Shown here: positions 27,516-37,788 of the stretch, piece by piece | How positions within the stretch are numbered: position 1 is the first letter of the stretch | How the letters are laid out: each line of letters starts with the position of its first letter | Assembly (NCBI GenBank): GCA_045629645.1 | Contig: JAZQRR010000018.1 | Span: 1-56,153, forward strand | Direction: 5' to 3' | Length of the DNA: 56,153 bases | From: Candidatus Enterousia sp. | GTDB taxonomy: Bacteria > Pseudomonadota > Alphaproteobacteria > Rs-D84 | Program-made: the position numbers and the translations under genes | Notes under the pieces: generated by a model | Database searches by the model: none | What the model saw: the letters and a program-made list of their open reading frames with translations, nothing else | Told to the model about the DNA's origin: nothing

Positions 27516-28610
27516 TTATTCCATAGTAAGGCATTCTGGATCGCCACTGTGAACGCTGCAATATCGTTGTTCTGAGTTAAAATAGCATTTACCGTCTGTA
27601 TTTTCCGTCAGAATATATGTTCCGGTGTTGTCTGTAAAGGTTTCGTTTTCATTATAGTTGTTGTCGGAATTTTTATCATTAAATATATGACCCGGTTCGT
27701 TGTCTTTGTGTAATTTATAACAATCGTCCTCTGTTTTTACTTCGGTTACAATTTTATTTATACAGTTTATATCTGTAATTTTATATGCTTGTATATTGTA
27801 GGCTGCTGTGTATACTGTGTAGATAGGTCTATTTGTTAGATCGCTTTGTTCACTAATATCATAACAATTATCAGTGTCAAGGCAGCGTTGCAATTGATAT
27901 TTATATTGGTTGTAAGAGACTATACCACCATCTGGACATCGTTCCCAAGTTTTGCAGGTTTCATTTGTGTTTGCTTCAGAACAGTATGTGTTATTTGTAA
28001 TTTGTGTAGTAGTTGTGTTAATTGTTAAATAATAATGAGTTGTATTGGAGTTGGATTGACTGTTGAACGCATCGACGATATTTGAAGCGTAAGAATCCCA
28101 ATATATGTCATGGCTAGAATTATAGCAATCGCCACAATATGTAAAATTTTTACCACAACACATTGCTTTTTGTGAAGATATGTAATTTGCGCGTCCATTT
28201 ATCCATGATGTATCGTTTCTTGGGTTAAAATCGTAAGCGTATACTGTTAAATATGCTCCTTCGTGCCATTGGACTTCCTGACAATCGGTAGCTTGATAAT
28301 ATGTAATACCGTTTATTTTTTTGCAGCCATACCCGTCGCGGTAACATTTGTTTACAGGGGGTGTTTCATAAAAATCTGTACAATAGTCACCGGATTCTTT
28401 AGTAAAGTTGGCAGGGTTGTAAGTTATTCTGTATTCGGTGCCCATTACTTCTTGCATTTTCACTTGGGTAGAACAAGAGTCTATGCCGCTGCTGTATGCA
28501 AATAATGGAAATGCAGCAACAATAAGACAAACAATAAATTTAACTATTGTTTGTTTGTTTGTTTGTTTGTTTGTTTGTTTGTTTGTTTGTTTGTTTGTTT
28601 GTGTTGGCAT
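27516..28610 (-). CDS. Secreted Cys-rich protein with 5' SSR; paralog of 38525-39598
   Basis: (QTNK)n precedes a signal peptide; shares AMC...IYWDS...THY...DDCY...D..G.Y...G.CY...E..YC with 38525. Confidence 0.75.
   Translation of the reverse strand: MPTQTNKQTNKQTNKQTNKQTIVKFIVCLIVAAFPLFAYSSGIDSCSTQVKMQEVMGTEYRITYNPANFTKESGDYCTDFYETPPVNKCYRDGYGCKKINGITYYQATDCQEVQWHEGAYLTVYAYDFNPRNDTSWINGRANYISSQKAMCCGKNFTYCGDCYNSSHDIYWDSYASNIVDAFNSQSNSNTTHYYLTINTTTTQITNNTYCSEANTNETCKTWERCPDGGIVSYNQYKYQLQRCLDTDNCYDISEQSDLTNRPIYTVYTAAYNIQAYKITDINCINKIVTEVKTEDDCYKLHKDNEPGHIFNDKNSDNNYNENETFTDNTGTYILTENTDGKCYFNSEQRYCSVHSGDPECLTME
28549..28600 (-). repeat. (AAAC)13 simple sequence repeat, probable phase-variation tract
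   Basis: 13 GTTT units on the + strand, starting 7 nt after the ATG at 28610-28608. Confidence 0.92.
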
Positions 28611-28634
28611 GTTCCCTGTTACCTGTTGCTGTGG

Positions 28635-29573
28635 TTATATTCGCATCCACAGGAAGTATATGTTCCCGTTGTCGTCAGAGCGAACAAATGGTATTTGTGT
28701 GCAATGACGTTTGGCGTTGCGTTGTTTGTGTTTTGCATGTAATGCATCACTTTTTACAAATTCTTCGGGGTAAAAGCCAACCGCAGTGGCCGCATGATAG
28801 AACATTTTATAAGAATTACGTGGTGTATGGTGATAATAATACGGCTTTACCGCGTAAAAATGTGCAATTTCAATCTTTTTATTGACGTAATGAAATTCTG
28901 ATTCTGGGAATTTTATGTCAACACGAACCTCTGGAACACAGTTGTAACGCAGTGGTAATTCCAGTATCTTGCCGTCAAAAGCAACATTTATCAAATCTTG
29001 GTCTGGATATTTTAGTGGGACTTTGACGTCTAATAATTTCTGGTCATGTATGCGAAGATAGTTGAAATTCAGCAGTAATACGCCGGAATTTATGTATAAA
29101 TCATGCTTTAAATAATTTTCTTTGAATTCGCGGACGTATTTGCCGTTTGGATCTTTCTTGTTGTGAACAGGCGCCATGTCGCGTATTGCGCCAAGCGCAT
29201 AATTGCGAATGTCTGTGTTGTATAAATTTGTTAAATCTGTATAAATCAGCGTGTCGGAATCTAGGTATAAAATTTTATCCAGATTCTTGAATACGCGGTG
29301 CGCAAACAGACGGTAAAATATCACCGGTGACCAACGCGAATAATCAACGTGACGAAAAGGGTTCTTGCGTGGGGGAATTTGACGCCATATTAAACGACCG
29401 CCCCGCCCGATTATGCGGCGAATGCGACGACGACCACGTGTGTGTGGCGCAACCATACAATAGACGTTAACGCGTGTACTGCTGTCGCGGGATCGCATAA
29501 TAGACCCGATGGAAACAGCCGCCATGCGCCAAAATTTACTGTCAAAACAATATAATACGTTTACTTCAGACAT
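28635..29573 (-). CDS. Glycosyltransferase family 8 (LPS-related)
   Basis: FYRLF, KILYLDSD, YINSGVLLLN, PDQDLIN, YN, IAHF...KP. Confidence 0.92.
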   Translation of the reverse strand: MSEVNVLYCFDSKFWRMAAVSIGSIMRSRDSSTRVNVYCMVAPHTRGRRRIRRIIGRGGRLIWRQIPPRKNPFRHVDYSRWSPVIFYRLFAHRVFKNLDKILYLDSDTLIYTDLTNLYNTDIRNYALGAIRDMAPVHNKKDPNGKYVREFKENYLKHDLYINSGVLLLNFNYLRIHDQKLLDVKVPLKYPDQDLINVAFDGKILELPLRYNCVPEVRVDIKFPESEFHYVNKKIEIAHFYAVKPYYYHHTPRNSYKMFYHAATAVGFYPEEFVKSDALHAKHKQRNAKRHCTQIPFVRSDDNGNIYFLWMRI

Positions 29574-30526
29574 GTTAAGAACCAGCATAAAAATCGTTGT
29601 TTGCGCGTCAGATATCGACGCGGAATTAATTTGCAAGATTTAATCAGAACGGCGCGCGCCTGCATCTGTAATTTTTTAAACTTACGCGGACGTGAAATAG
29701 TTTCCATCAATAAGTATGAAAATGCAGCCTGATATGTATGGCGCAGGAAGTCCGCGTCATACTTGTCCAGACAGTTGTCGCGTATGTGTTCAAAATAATG
29801 TGGGAACCAATTAAAATAAGTTTCGTCAAATTTGCCCATGTTGGTCATGGCACCAGAATGATGACGATGATTTATAACAGTAATCGGTGTTTCAATAATA
29901 GGATATGCGTTGTATAAAATATCCATCATAAATGCCAAATCTTCGCCCAAAGATGTAAATTTTGTTGAAAAACGGGCGTTGCCAATAAAGTTACGATGGT
30001 ATATGCGACGCCATATCCAGCACCATTTGTGATTTTGGTTTGCGCGTAACAGTGATACAGGGTTGTATATTGTATCAAATACATCTGTGTTTTGTGGCAG
30101 TACGTTGTCAGAAGGTATGTATTTGAATTCGTGTGGTACGATATTGGTATGTCCCCCAATCATTGGTGCACGTGTTCTGATTGCCAAATCGTACAATGTT
30201 TGTAATGCGTGCTGGGTGTAAGAATCGTCTGAATCCAAAAATGCGATATATGTGCCGCGTGCGTTGTCCAGTCCGATATTTCGGGACGCAGATGTGCCCA
30301 AAACAGTCTTGTTTTTAAATAATCTGAAACGCGGGTCAGAATCAACGTATTCTTGGATTACAGATACGCTGTTGTCTGTACTGGCGTCGTCAATAACGAT
30401 ACACTCCCAATTCTGGAAAGTTTGATGCAAAACCGAATTTAGCGCGTCGCCAATAAAGCGACCGTAATTGCGGTTTGGTATAATAATTGAAATATCTGGT
30501 GTGTTTTGTTTTTGTGTGTTTTCCAT
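29561..30526 (-). CDS. Glycosyltransferase family 2
   Basis: ISIIIP..N...I..ALNSVL.QT, VIDDASTD, SRNIGL..ARG.YIAFLDSDD, GED. Confidence 0.95.
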   Translation of the reverse strand: MENTQKQNTPDISIIIPNRNYGRFIGDALNSVLHQTFQNWECIVIDDASTDNSVSVIQEYVDSDPRFRLFKNKTVLGTSASRNIGLDNARGTYIAFLDSDDSYTQHALQTLYDLAIRTRAPMIGGHTNIVPHEFKYIPSDNVLPQNTDVFDTIYNPVSLLRANQNHKWCWIWRRIYHRNFIGNARFSTKFTSLGEDLAFMMDILYNAYPIIETPITVINHRHHSGAMTNMGKFDETYFNWFPHYFEHIRDNCLDKYDADFLRHTYQAAFSYLLMETISRPRKFKKLQMQARAVLIKSCKLIPRRYLTRKQRFLCWFLTCLK

Positions 30527-30544
30527 CTTAAATCAGTTTTGGTT

Positions 30545-31360
30545 TTATTGATAGTAACATCTTGTATCGTCTGAGTACGTGTAAGAACCTCGTTCGCCGA
30601 TGCCGTTAGTTGGGTTTTTGTAACAATCGGCTTGTTTTGCTGCGCCTGATATATCGACTGTTGATATAAGCAGTTCTGAACCGGATTTTATCATAGAACA
30701 GTACATTAGTTTCGAGTCTACGGACTCTAAGCTGGTTGCTTGAAATGTAAACTTTCCGGCGTATTCGGGGTTGTTAAAACTTGAATCTTCTCTTTCCCTA
30801 TAAACCTGATGACACACAATAGAACTGCCATACTTTAAATTATAAAGTGTGTATTGTGCCGAGGCTGTTTTGCCCCTGGTGCTTTCTGTTGATGGACATA
30901 GGGTACAGGTATAATCGCTGGGGTCGTTATTTGTTCCATTGTTTTGTAATGTTGCGTAATATAAATTGCTTGCACATAAATTGTGTGTCGCACCGTACTG
31001 ATTTTTACAATAAGGTAATTCGTAATCGTTACACAAATTAGTATTAGTTGCTTGATCCGCAGAATATTCGGTTGTGCCTGCTAGATTATTCTCGTATAAT
31101 ATCTGTGAACAAGAAGGAAATTTGTTTACCCAGTCGTTTATCGTTTTTGTATATTGGCTATCGCTTGTTTTATACTCAGTTTTTGTCAAATTGAATGTGA
31201 CCTTACAGTCGTCGGTTGCAGTAAATTTATCACCTGTTTTCATTGTGTAAAACCCAGGTTTGCCACTGATAGTGTATTCAGCCGCTTGTGAGTCAGTACG
31301 GTAAATTGCACTGATTCCAAGGCTTATGATTCCCCATAATATTTTATTCAGTTTATTCAT
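30545..31360 (-). CDS. Secreted Cys-rich protein, tandem paralog of 31376-32089
   Basis: N-terminus MNKLNKILWGIISLGISAIYRTD..AA.YT; C-terminal DCY..P....G.Y.Y....RCYY. Confidence 0.8.
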   Translation of the reverse strand: MNKLNKILWGIISLGISAIYRTDSQAAEYTISGKPGFYTMKTGDKFTATDDCKVTFNLTKTEYKTSDSQYTKTINDWVNKFPSCSQILYENNLAGTTEYSADQATNTNLCNDYELPYCKNQYGATHNLCASNLYYATLQNNGTNNDPSDYTCTLCPSTESTRGKTASAQYTLYNLKYGSSIVCHQVYREREDSSFNNPEYAGKFTFQATSLESVDSKLMYCSMIKSGSELLISTVDISGAAKQADCYKNPTNGIGERGSYTYSDDTRCYYQ

Positions 31361-31375
31361 TGTGTGTTTCCTCCC

Positions 31376-32089
31376 TTATCCCTTGTAATAACATTTGTTG
31401 TCGGTGTCAACCTGTTGATAGGTATTGCCGTTGCTGTCTGTGTATGTTCCAGGTGCAATGTAACAATCGTTTATAGAATTATTGTTAACTTGCTCCCAAT
31501 AAATATTGTATGTTTGATTAGCCCAGTTATCGGAGTTCGATGTAATAAAGCTGCCATACCAACCAGAACTGGCGGTGATACCGCTGATTATAAAAGAAAA
31601 ACCTATAAATCTATGACCTGTACCACCTGTGTAATATCTGCGACAGGCATCGTTTTTTGTTAAATCCAATTTTTCCTGTTCTATTTGTGCGTATTTGCCT
31701 AATGTTCCGCCATCAGGACACGTAAGTGTTTTACATGAAAAGTCTGCGGGATCTACAGCTGATGTGTGCTTCGGACTTGCTGTTTGGTTTGCACCACATT
31801 TATTGGTGTAAGAAGTAGTTGTTAAACAAAGGTAATCGTCAATAGTTGTGCAATTTTCATCTGTGGGGATATCATTGTTGTTACCCTGACCATCAGAAGC
31901 ATGGTTATATGCATATACAATTCGTAACTTAAGTTTGCCATAATCGCAGTCAACGTCAATTGTGTCGCCGACCGCGGGATCTGATATGTTTGCTATATTT
32001 GTATAGTGTGCTGCGTTGGTGTCAACGCGATAGATAGCGCTGATTCCGAAACTTAATATGCCCCACAAAAACTTGCTTAATTTGTTCAT
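31376..32089 (-). CDS. Secreted Cys-rich protein, tandem paralog of 30545-31360
   Basis: N-terminus MNKLSKFLWGILSFGISAIYRVD..AA.YT; C-terminal DCYIAPGTYTDSNGNTY......KCYY. Confidence 0.8.
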   Translation of the reverse strand: MNKLSKFLWGILSFGISAIYRVDTNAAHYTNIANISDPAVGDTIDVDCDYGKLKLRIVYAYNHASDGQGNNNDIPTDENCTTIDDYLCLTTTSYTNKCGANQTASPKHTSAVDPADFSCKTLTCPDGGTLGKYAQIEQEKLDLTKNDACRRYYTGGTGHRFIGFSFIISGITASSGWYGSFITSNSDNWANQTYNIYWEQVNNNSINDCYIAPGTYTDSNGNTYQQVDTDNKCYYKG

Positions 32090-32247
32090 GCGAACCCTTT
32101 CCCTGTGTTCGGTCGATATATCGGTTGTGATTATTGCATTTTTATCTGTGGGTGTCAATTTGCTTTTTTTAGGTGTATAAAAAACTTGAATTAAAACCGT
32201 TTTATTATTACAGTGTGCCCGTAAATTTAATCAAAAAGGTTGAAAAA

Positions 32248-34644
32248 ATGGCAGATGATATCAAAAAAATCCATGAACGTGAAAGAAAGTGGCAAAATAA
32301 ATGGCGTGATGCACGTGCGTTCGTGCCAAAAAATGATGGTTCAAAACCAAGGTTTTATACATTGGTTGAATTTCCGTTCTTGTCTGGCGCAGGTATGCAT
32401 GCAGGACATATGTTGAATTATTCTGGTATCGATGTGTTGGCGCGATTTCGTCGTGCGCGCGGTTTTGATGTGTTGTTCCCAATGGGGTTTGACGCAATGG
32501 GAATCGCAGGCGAACATTATGCAACTAAAATTGGTCGCCATCCTGCCGATGTTGCCGCTGAATTAACCAAAAGTTATTCTGAAATGATTGATCGTGTTGG
32601 TTGGTCTGTCAGTCCAGAAACACGCATTTCAACGTCTGATCCAGAGTATGTCAAGTGGACTCAGTGGATGTTTATTCAATTTTGGAAAGCCGGTTTGGCG
32701 TATAAATCTGCCCTGCCGATGAACTGGTGCCCAAGTTGCAGAACAACATTTACAAACGAAGAATTGGAAGATAATAAATGTCCACGTTGTCATGGGGCAA
32801 TTGAAAAAAAAGAAAAGTTACAGTGGAACCTGGCGTTGGCAAAGTATGCAGATAAATTGCTGGACGGATTGAAAGATGTTGATTTTGATGAACGTATTAA
32901 AAAAGATGAAATTAATTTGATTGGTAAATCCCATGGTGCTGACGTCGATTTTAAGGTTGGCGATGATATTATGACCGTTTATACGACACGTGTTGATACT
33001 ATATTTGGTGTAACGTTCTGTGTTATTGCGCCTGAACACGCGTTGGTAAAAAAATGGCTGGGTGAAGGAAAAATTAAAAACGCAGATGAAGTGCGTCAAT
33101 ATATTAAAGAGTCCGCTGCGAAGTCTGAAATAGAACGAACGGACGCGACAAAGGAAAAGACAGGTGTGCGTTTGGATGGAATTATGGCGGTAAATCCTTT
33201 TACAGGAACTGAAATTCCAGTCTTTACATCAGATTATGTTTTGGTGGATTATGCGTATGGTACGATTATGGCTGTGCCTGCACATGATGGTCGTGATTGG
33301 GACTTTGCGAAAAAGTTTGGTCTGGATATTATCCCAGTGTTGGCGGGCGGTGAAGAAGGAAAAGTCTGGGAAGGTGATGGTGTACATATAAATTCATCTT
33401 TCTTGGATGGTATGGGCAAAGAAGACGCAATCGCAGCTGCAATTAAATATGGTACAGAACGCGGCTTTGCGCGCGGTACAACAAAATATAAATTAAAAGA
33501 CTGGGGTTTTTCACGTCAGATGTACTGGGGTGAACCAATCCCAATGGTGCATTGTGAAAAATGTGGTTGGGTACCTGTGCCGGATTCTGAATTGCCACTG
33601 ATGCAACCATATATGTCTGATTATAAACCAACAGATGATGGCGAAGGTCCATTGGCGCGTGCAACAGATTGGGTAAATACAACCTGTCCGCATTGTGGTG
33701 CACCGGCAAAACGCGAAACAGATACAATGCCAGGATGGGCGGGCTCTTCATGGTATTTCTTGCGTTATCTGGACCCGAAAAACAATAATGAATTCTGTTC
33801 GCGTGAACAGATGGAAAAATGGATGCCGGTAACACATTATAATGGTGGACATGAACATAATACCAGACACTTGATTTATTCTCGTTTTTGGCATCATGCC
33901 TTGTTTGATTTGGGGCTGGTAAATACACCAGAACCATATGCAAAACGTACCGCTCAGGGCTTGTTGATGGGTAATGATGGGTACAAGATGTCTAAATCGC
34001 GTGGCAACGGGTTTATGGTGGCCGATTTAGTTGAATCTGTTGGTGCGGACGCTGGACGTGTTGCGGTGTTGTCGTTGGGACCGTGGGAAAATAACACGAT
34101 ATGGACTGATGGGGCGTTGGCAGGTGTGCAACGTTTCTTGAAACGTGTGGAAAATCTGGCGGATAATCTGACAGATGAGCCAATGACCGCAGAACAAGAA
34201 CGTTTACAGCATAAACTGATTGCAGATGCAACAGAACGTCTGGAAGGTATGAAGTTTAATACAACAATTTCTGCGATGATGGAATATATCAATGCGTTTG
34301 GTGGTAAAATGCCCCGCCCTGCGTATGAAACACTGTTGCAGATATTGAATCCGTTTGCACCGCATTTGACCGAAGAAATGTGGGAAAAACTGGGGCATGA
34401 TGATATGCTGGTGTTTGAACCATGGCCGACATTTGATGCGTCAAAGCTGGTTGAGACGCAAATGACAATTGTTGCGTCAATTAACGGTAAACGTGCAGCA
34501 GAATTTGTTGTCGCCGCCGATGCAGATGAAGCAGCGATTGTTGATGCAGCAAAAGAAGCCACAGGTGCAAAATTGGATGGTATTGAAATCATCAAAACAA
34601 TTGTTGTGCCGAAAAAGTTGGTGAACTTTGTTGTAAAGAAGTAA
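32248..34644 (+). CDS. leuS: Leucine--tRNA ligase
   Basis: FPFLSG..MHAGH, YTTR.DT.FG editing domain, SRQ.YWG.PIP, KMSKS, IVVPKKLVNFVV. Confidence 0.97.
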   Translation: MADDIKKIHERERKWQNKWRDARAFVPKNDGSKPRFYTLVEFPFLSGAGMHAGHMLNYSGIDVLARFRRARGFDVLFPMGFDAMGIAGEHYATKIGRHPADVAAELTKSYSEMIDRVGWSVSPETRISTSDPEYVKWTQWMFIQFWKAGLAYKSALPMNWCPSCRTTFTNEELEDNKCPRCHGAIEKKEKLQWNLALAKYADKLLDGLKDVDFDERIKKDEINLIGKSHGADVDFKVGDDIMTVYTTRVDTIFGVTFCVIAPEHALVKKWLGEGKIKNADEVRQYIKESAAKSEIERTDATKEKTGVRLDGIMAVNPFTGTEIPVFTSDYVLVDYAYGTIMAVPAHDGRDWDFAKKFGLDIIPVLAGGEEGKVWEGDGVHINSSFLDGMGKEDAIAAAIKYGTERGFARGTTKYKLKDWGFSRQMYWGEPIPMVHCEKCGWVPVPDSELPLMQPYMSDYKPTDDGEGPLARATDWVNTTCPHCGAPAKRETDTMPGWAGSSWYFLRYLDPKNNNEFCSREQMEKWMPVTHYNGGHEHNTRHLIYSRFWHHALFDLGLVNTPEPYAKRTAQGLLMGNDGYKMSKSRGNGFMVADLVESVGADAGRVAVLSLGPWENNTIWTDGALAGVQRFLKRVENLADNLTDEPMTAEQERLQHKLIADATERLEGMKFNTTISAMMEYINAFGGKMPRPAYETLLQILNPFAPHLTEEMWEKLGHDDMLVFEPWPTFDASKLVETQMTIVASINGKRAAEFVVAADADEAAIVDAAKEATGAKLDGIEIIKTIVVPKKLVNFVVKK

Positions 34645-34651
34645 TTGGTTG

Positions 34652-34690
34652 AAAAAAATCCCCGATTTTATGTCGGGGATAATTTTTTTA
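34652..34690 (+). terminator. Terminator after leuS
   Basis: ATCCCCGA-TTTTATG-TCGGGGAT followed by a T-tract. Confidence 0.75.
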
Positions 34691-34754
34691 TTAATCCGAT
34701 ATTGACAAAATGATAATGTGTATTATATTATAGTGTGTAAAAAAAGAGGCTTTT

Positions 34755-35279
34755 ATGAAAAAATATAGTTATGCGCCTGATTGCAAAAAAAGTTGTAAAG
34801 GGTGTAAGGATAACAAAGATGGCAAGGGGTGTATAGTGCCGTACAGTCCAAAATGGGAAAATATGTGCAAGCAATGCGGTACATGCTGTTTTGTAAAAGT
34901 GCAGGATGAAAAAGGTGATATCTGGTTGACAACAATTGCGTGTGATCATTTGGATAAAAAAACCAGAAAATGCAAATGTTATTCTTCGGATATCAGCAAA
35001 CGTGGTGATGCAGCAAGTGGTTGTTTGGCGCACGATGGTGTGAAATTGTCGCCTGAGGTGATTACCTCTCATTATATTTTGCCTGCGTTTTGTCCGTATG
35101 TAACGCATTCTATGCGTGTGTTGTATAATATTAATATTCGTGCAAATCCGATAGAAATTCCAGTAGAAAACATTGTTTATGAATCAGAAATAGATGTGCA
35201 AAAGGATTGGCGTAAGTATGTTATTCCAAACAGTAATAAATTGTATAAGTATTTAAAGCGAACAGGAAAAATTCGTTAG
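34755..35279 (+). CDS. YcgN/UPF0260-like cysteine-cluster protein
   Basis: WE..CKQCGTCC..K..DE......T..AC..LD.....C..Y, LP..C.Y. Confidence 0.8.
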   Translation: MKKYSYAPDCKKSCKGCKDNKDGKGCIVPYSPKWENMCKQCGTCCFVKVQDEKGDIWLTTIACDHLDKKTRKCKCYSSDISKRGDAASGCLAHDGVKLSPEVITSHYILPAFCPYVTHSMRVLYNINIRANPIEIPVENIVYESEIDVQKDWRKYVIPNSNKLYKYLKRTGKIR

Positions 35280-35283
35280 GACT

Positions 35284-35312
35284 AAAAAAATCCCGCAAAT
35301 GCGGGATTTTTT
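35284..35312. terminator. Bidirectional terminator
   Basis: AAAAAAATCCCGCA-AA-TGCGGGATTTTTT. Confidence 0.8.
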
Positions 35313-35320
35313 ATTTTTTT

Positions 35321-36199
35321 TTAGATGCTGTCAGGATTTACCCAACGACCGTCTTTTAACAATCCTGGGGCCATACCTTCGTTAGAACGTAATGTGTCGA
35401 TTACGTTGCGTGCCTGAGAGGCATCCAGATTGATAATACGAACTTTGAACATATCGCCTTCGTTAACAACGATTGCGTCGCCGTAAGTTTTCATACGTTG
35501 CGCCAATGCGTCGGCACTGTCTTGGGCATAAAATGCAGCCAACTGAACGCTGTATGTGCCGGCGGCTGGTGTGGCAGGTTGTGCAACAGTTGTTGTTTCT
35601 GTTGCAACAGGTTGTGCTGCAACTTCTGTTTGTGTTGTTCCCAATGTTGCGTTTTTAACCGCGGTTGTTTGTTCAGCCAATACTTGGATTTGTACCTTGG
35701 CCTGACCGTTTAAGCCGATTTTTTGTGCCGCCGCAGGTGATAAATCCATTAAGCGTGTGTTTACAAATGGACCACGATTGTTTACACGTGCAACAACAGA
35801 CTGACCATTGTCCAAATTTGTTACGCGTACAATTGTTGGTAATGGTAATGTTTTGCTGGTTGCGACCATTTGGTTAATGTCGAATATTTCACCATTGCTG
35901 GTCTTTGTGCCGTTTAATTCCGTTGGAATAACGCCAGCAATACCAGTCTGGTTATATGTCAAATCTTCCACAGGGATATACTGAACGTCATCAACCTTGT
36001 ATGCTGTACCAATGTAATATTTTGGTGCCGCCGCCATCAAGTAAGTGTCATTTAATGATGGTTCTGTTTCAGATGTTGTGATTAACGCTTCTTCGCCAAA
36101 CCCATCTGCGCCATAGCTGGCGTTGTTGCTGGTTGTGCTGAGATCCATACAGCCGGCCAATGTTGCTGCTAATACGGCCAAAGAAAGAACTTTTTTCAT
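35321..36199 (-). CDS. rlpA: RlpA-like lipoprotein (DPBB + SPOR)
   Basis: Lipobox LAGC; TSNGEIFD...A..KTLPLPT.VRVTNLDNG, VNNRGPF..RLMDLS; SPOR YSVQLAAF. Confidence 0.9.
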   Translation of the reverse strand: MKKVLSLAVLAATLAGCMDLSTTSNNASYGADGFGEEALITTSETEPSLNDTYLMAAAPKYYIGTAYKVDDVQYIPVEDLTYNQTGIAGVIPTELNGTKTSNGEIFDINQMVATSKTLPLPTIVRVTNLDNGQSVVARVNNRGPFVNTRLMDLSPAAAQKIGLNGQAKVQIQVLAEQTTAVKNATLGTTQTEVAAQPVATETTTVAQPATPAAGTYSVQLAAFYAQDSADALAQRMKTYGDAIVVNEGDMFKVRIINLDASQARNVIDTLRSNEGMAPGLLKDGRWVNPDSI

Positions 36200-36268
36200 G
36201 ATTTTAGGACTCCTTACATTCTTATATGTCCTATTTTATCATAAAAAAGAGATAGATTCAAATGTATT

Positions 36269-37735
36269 TTAATGCTTGATTTTTCGTTCTATGACGTATG
36301 CCAAAGGCAAATATGCAATTCCGTAACCTGCGATTGCGGCAATTAATACCCAAATGCTGGTTATCTGTATCGTGTATAGTATCGCACCCAGAATAACCGA
36401 TAATACGGAAAAAGCAATAATTGTATGTGTGGTACGACTGTCTGCCTTGGTCAGTTGACGTTGACGACATATGCGTCCCAGTAAATAATTTTTTACATAT
36501 CCGCTGATGACGACGCCAACAGGTATTGCCAGATATCCAATTAATGGAAACAATGCAATATACAGTATCGTAGCCAAGCCCAGCGATATCATACTGGTCT
36601 TGACAGGTGTTTTGACATCTTGGGTTGCGTAAAGTGTTTTGCTGTATATTTGACTGATTACCATTGCAGGTAATACCAATGATTGAATCATAATTGCGCG
36701 TGAAACGGCGATTGTAGATTGATGTGTCCATGCACCGTATTCAAATAAATACTGAATAATCGGTTCAGACAGTATAATCAGCCCAACAACACATGGTAAG
36801 GTCAACATCATGGATTTGCGTACTGATGAGTTTTGCTGGATATATATACTGCGCATATTATGATCTGCCAGCGCATTTGATATCGAAGACATTAATACTG
36901 TCCCAGCGGCCAGACCAATCATTGCAAATGGTAATTGTACAATTCTGTCGGAATAATACAGCCATGATACCGCCCCACCCTGAAAACTGGCCACCAAGGT
37001 GCCAACGATAATTGTTATTTGATAAAAGCCACTGCCCACAATGCTGACGCCCATACGGCGAAATATATTGCTGATTTCAGGTGTCCATTTTGGGCGAATC
37101 AAGTGCAAACCAAAATGTTTGCGTCGGATGCGTGTCCATAAAATCAGGAACTGTATTATCCCAGATGCAACAACCGTGCCCGCCATCAAGTATAGTATGT
37201 TGTTGGTTCCAAACATCATTGCGGCCAATAATGCGCATATCAACATTATGTTTAATAATACAGGCATAAATGCCGCCAATAAAAATCTGGAAAAAGCATT
37301 CAGTATCGCAGACAAAAATGCCGCACCGCAAATAAATATTACATAGATGAACATTATGCGCGATATGATAACGGTCATTTCCATTTTCCCAGGTACTGCA
37401 TCAAACCCAGGCGCCAATATCCATACGACAAGTGGCATGAATATTTCAAATAAGATAGTAATCCCCAGCAATATAACCATTAACCAAGAAAATACGTTTC
37501 GTGCAAAGCCAGCGTCTTTTTTAGAATCTGTGTACATTGGGATAAATATTGCAGATAATGCCCCTTCGCCCAACAGATCGCGAAACAGGTTTGGTAACTT
37601 GAACGCAGCCAAGAATATGTCAGACAAGCGCCCTGCACCCAGAACACGTGCAATCAACATGTCGCGGATGAATCCAAATATGCGGCTGATTCCTGTCATG
37701 GCGCCGACGCCGAAAATATGTTTGCCAAGTTTCAT
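36269..37735 (-). CDS. murJ: Lipid II flippase MurJ
   Basis: SRIFGFIRD, F..AFKLPNLFR..LGEGA, L.Y.DR..QLP, FEYG. Confidence 0.96.
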   Translation of the reverse strand: MKLGKHIFGVGAMTGISRIFGFIRDMLIARVLGAGRLSDIFLAAFKLPNLFRDLLGEGALSAIFIPMYTDSKKDAGFARNVFSWLMVILLGITILFEIFMPLVVWILAPGFDAVPGKMEMTVIISRIMFIYVIFICGAAFLSAILNAFSRFLLAAFMPVLLNIMLICALLAAMMFGTNNILYLMAGTVVASGIIQFLILWTRIRRKHFGLHLIRPKWTPEISNIFRRMGVSIVGSGFYQITIIVGTLVASFQGGAVSWLYYSDRIVQLPFAMIGLAAGTVLMSSISNALADHNMRSIYIQQNSSVRKSMMLTLPCVVGLIILSEPIIQYLFEYGAWTHQSTIAVSRAIMIQSLVLPAMVISQIYSKTLYATQDVKTPVKTSMISLGLATILYIALFPLIGYLAIPVGVVISGYVKNYLLGRICRQRQLTKADSRTTHTIIAFSVLSVILGAILYTIQITSIWVLIAAIAGYGIAYLPLAYVIERKIKH

Positions 37736-37788
37736 GTTTTAGATTATACTGTGTATGTTAATAAAAAATCAAGGCAGGAATATTTGTA

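Noticed and set aside
28438..28885. Plus-strand ORFs with (VCLF)n
   Set aside because: Antisense readings of the GTTT tract
30545..32089. Diversity-generating retroelement acting on the paralog pair
   Set aside because: No reverse transcriptase in the window and no near-identical TR/VR pair differing only at adenines
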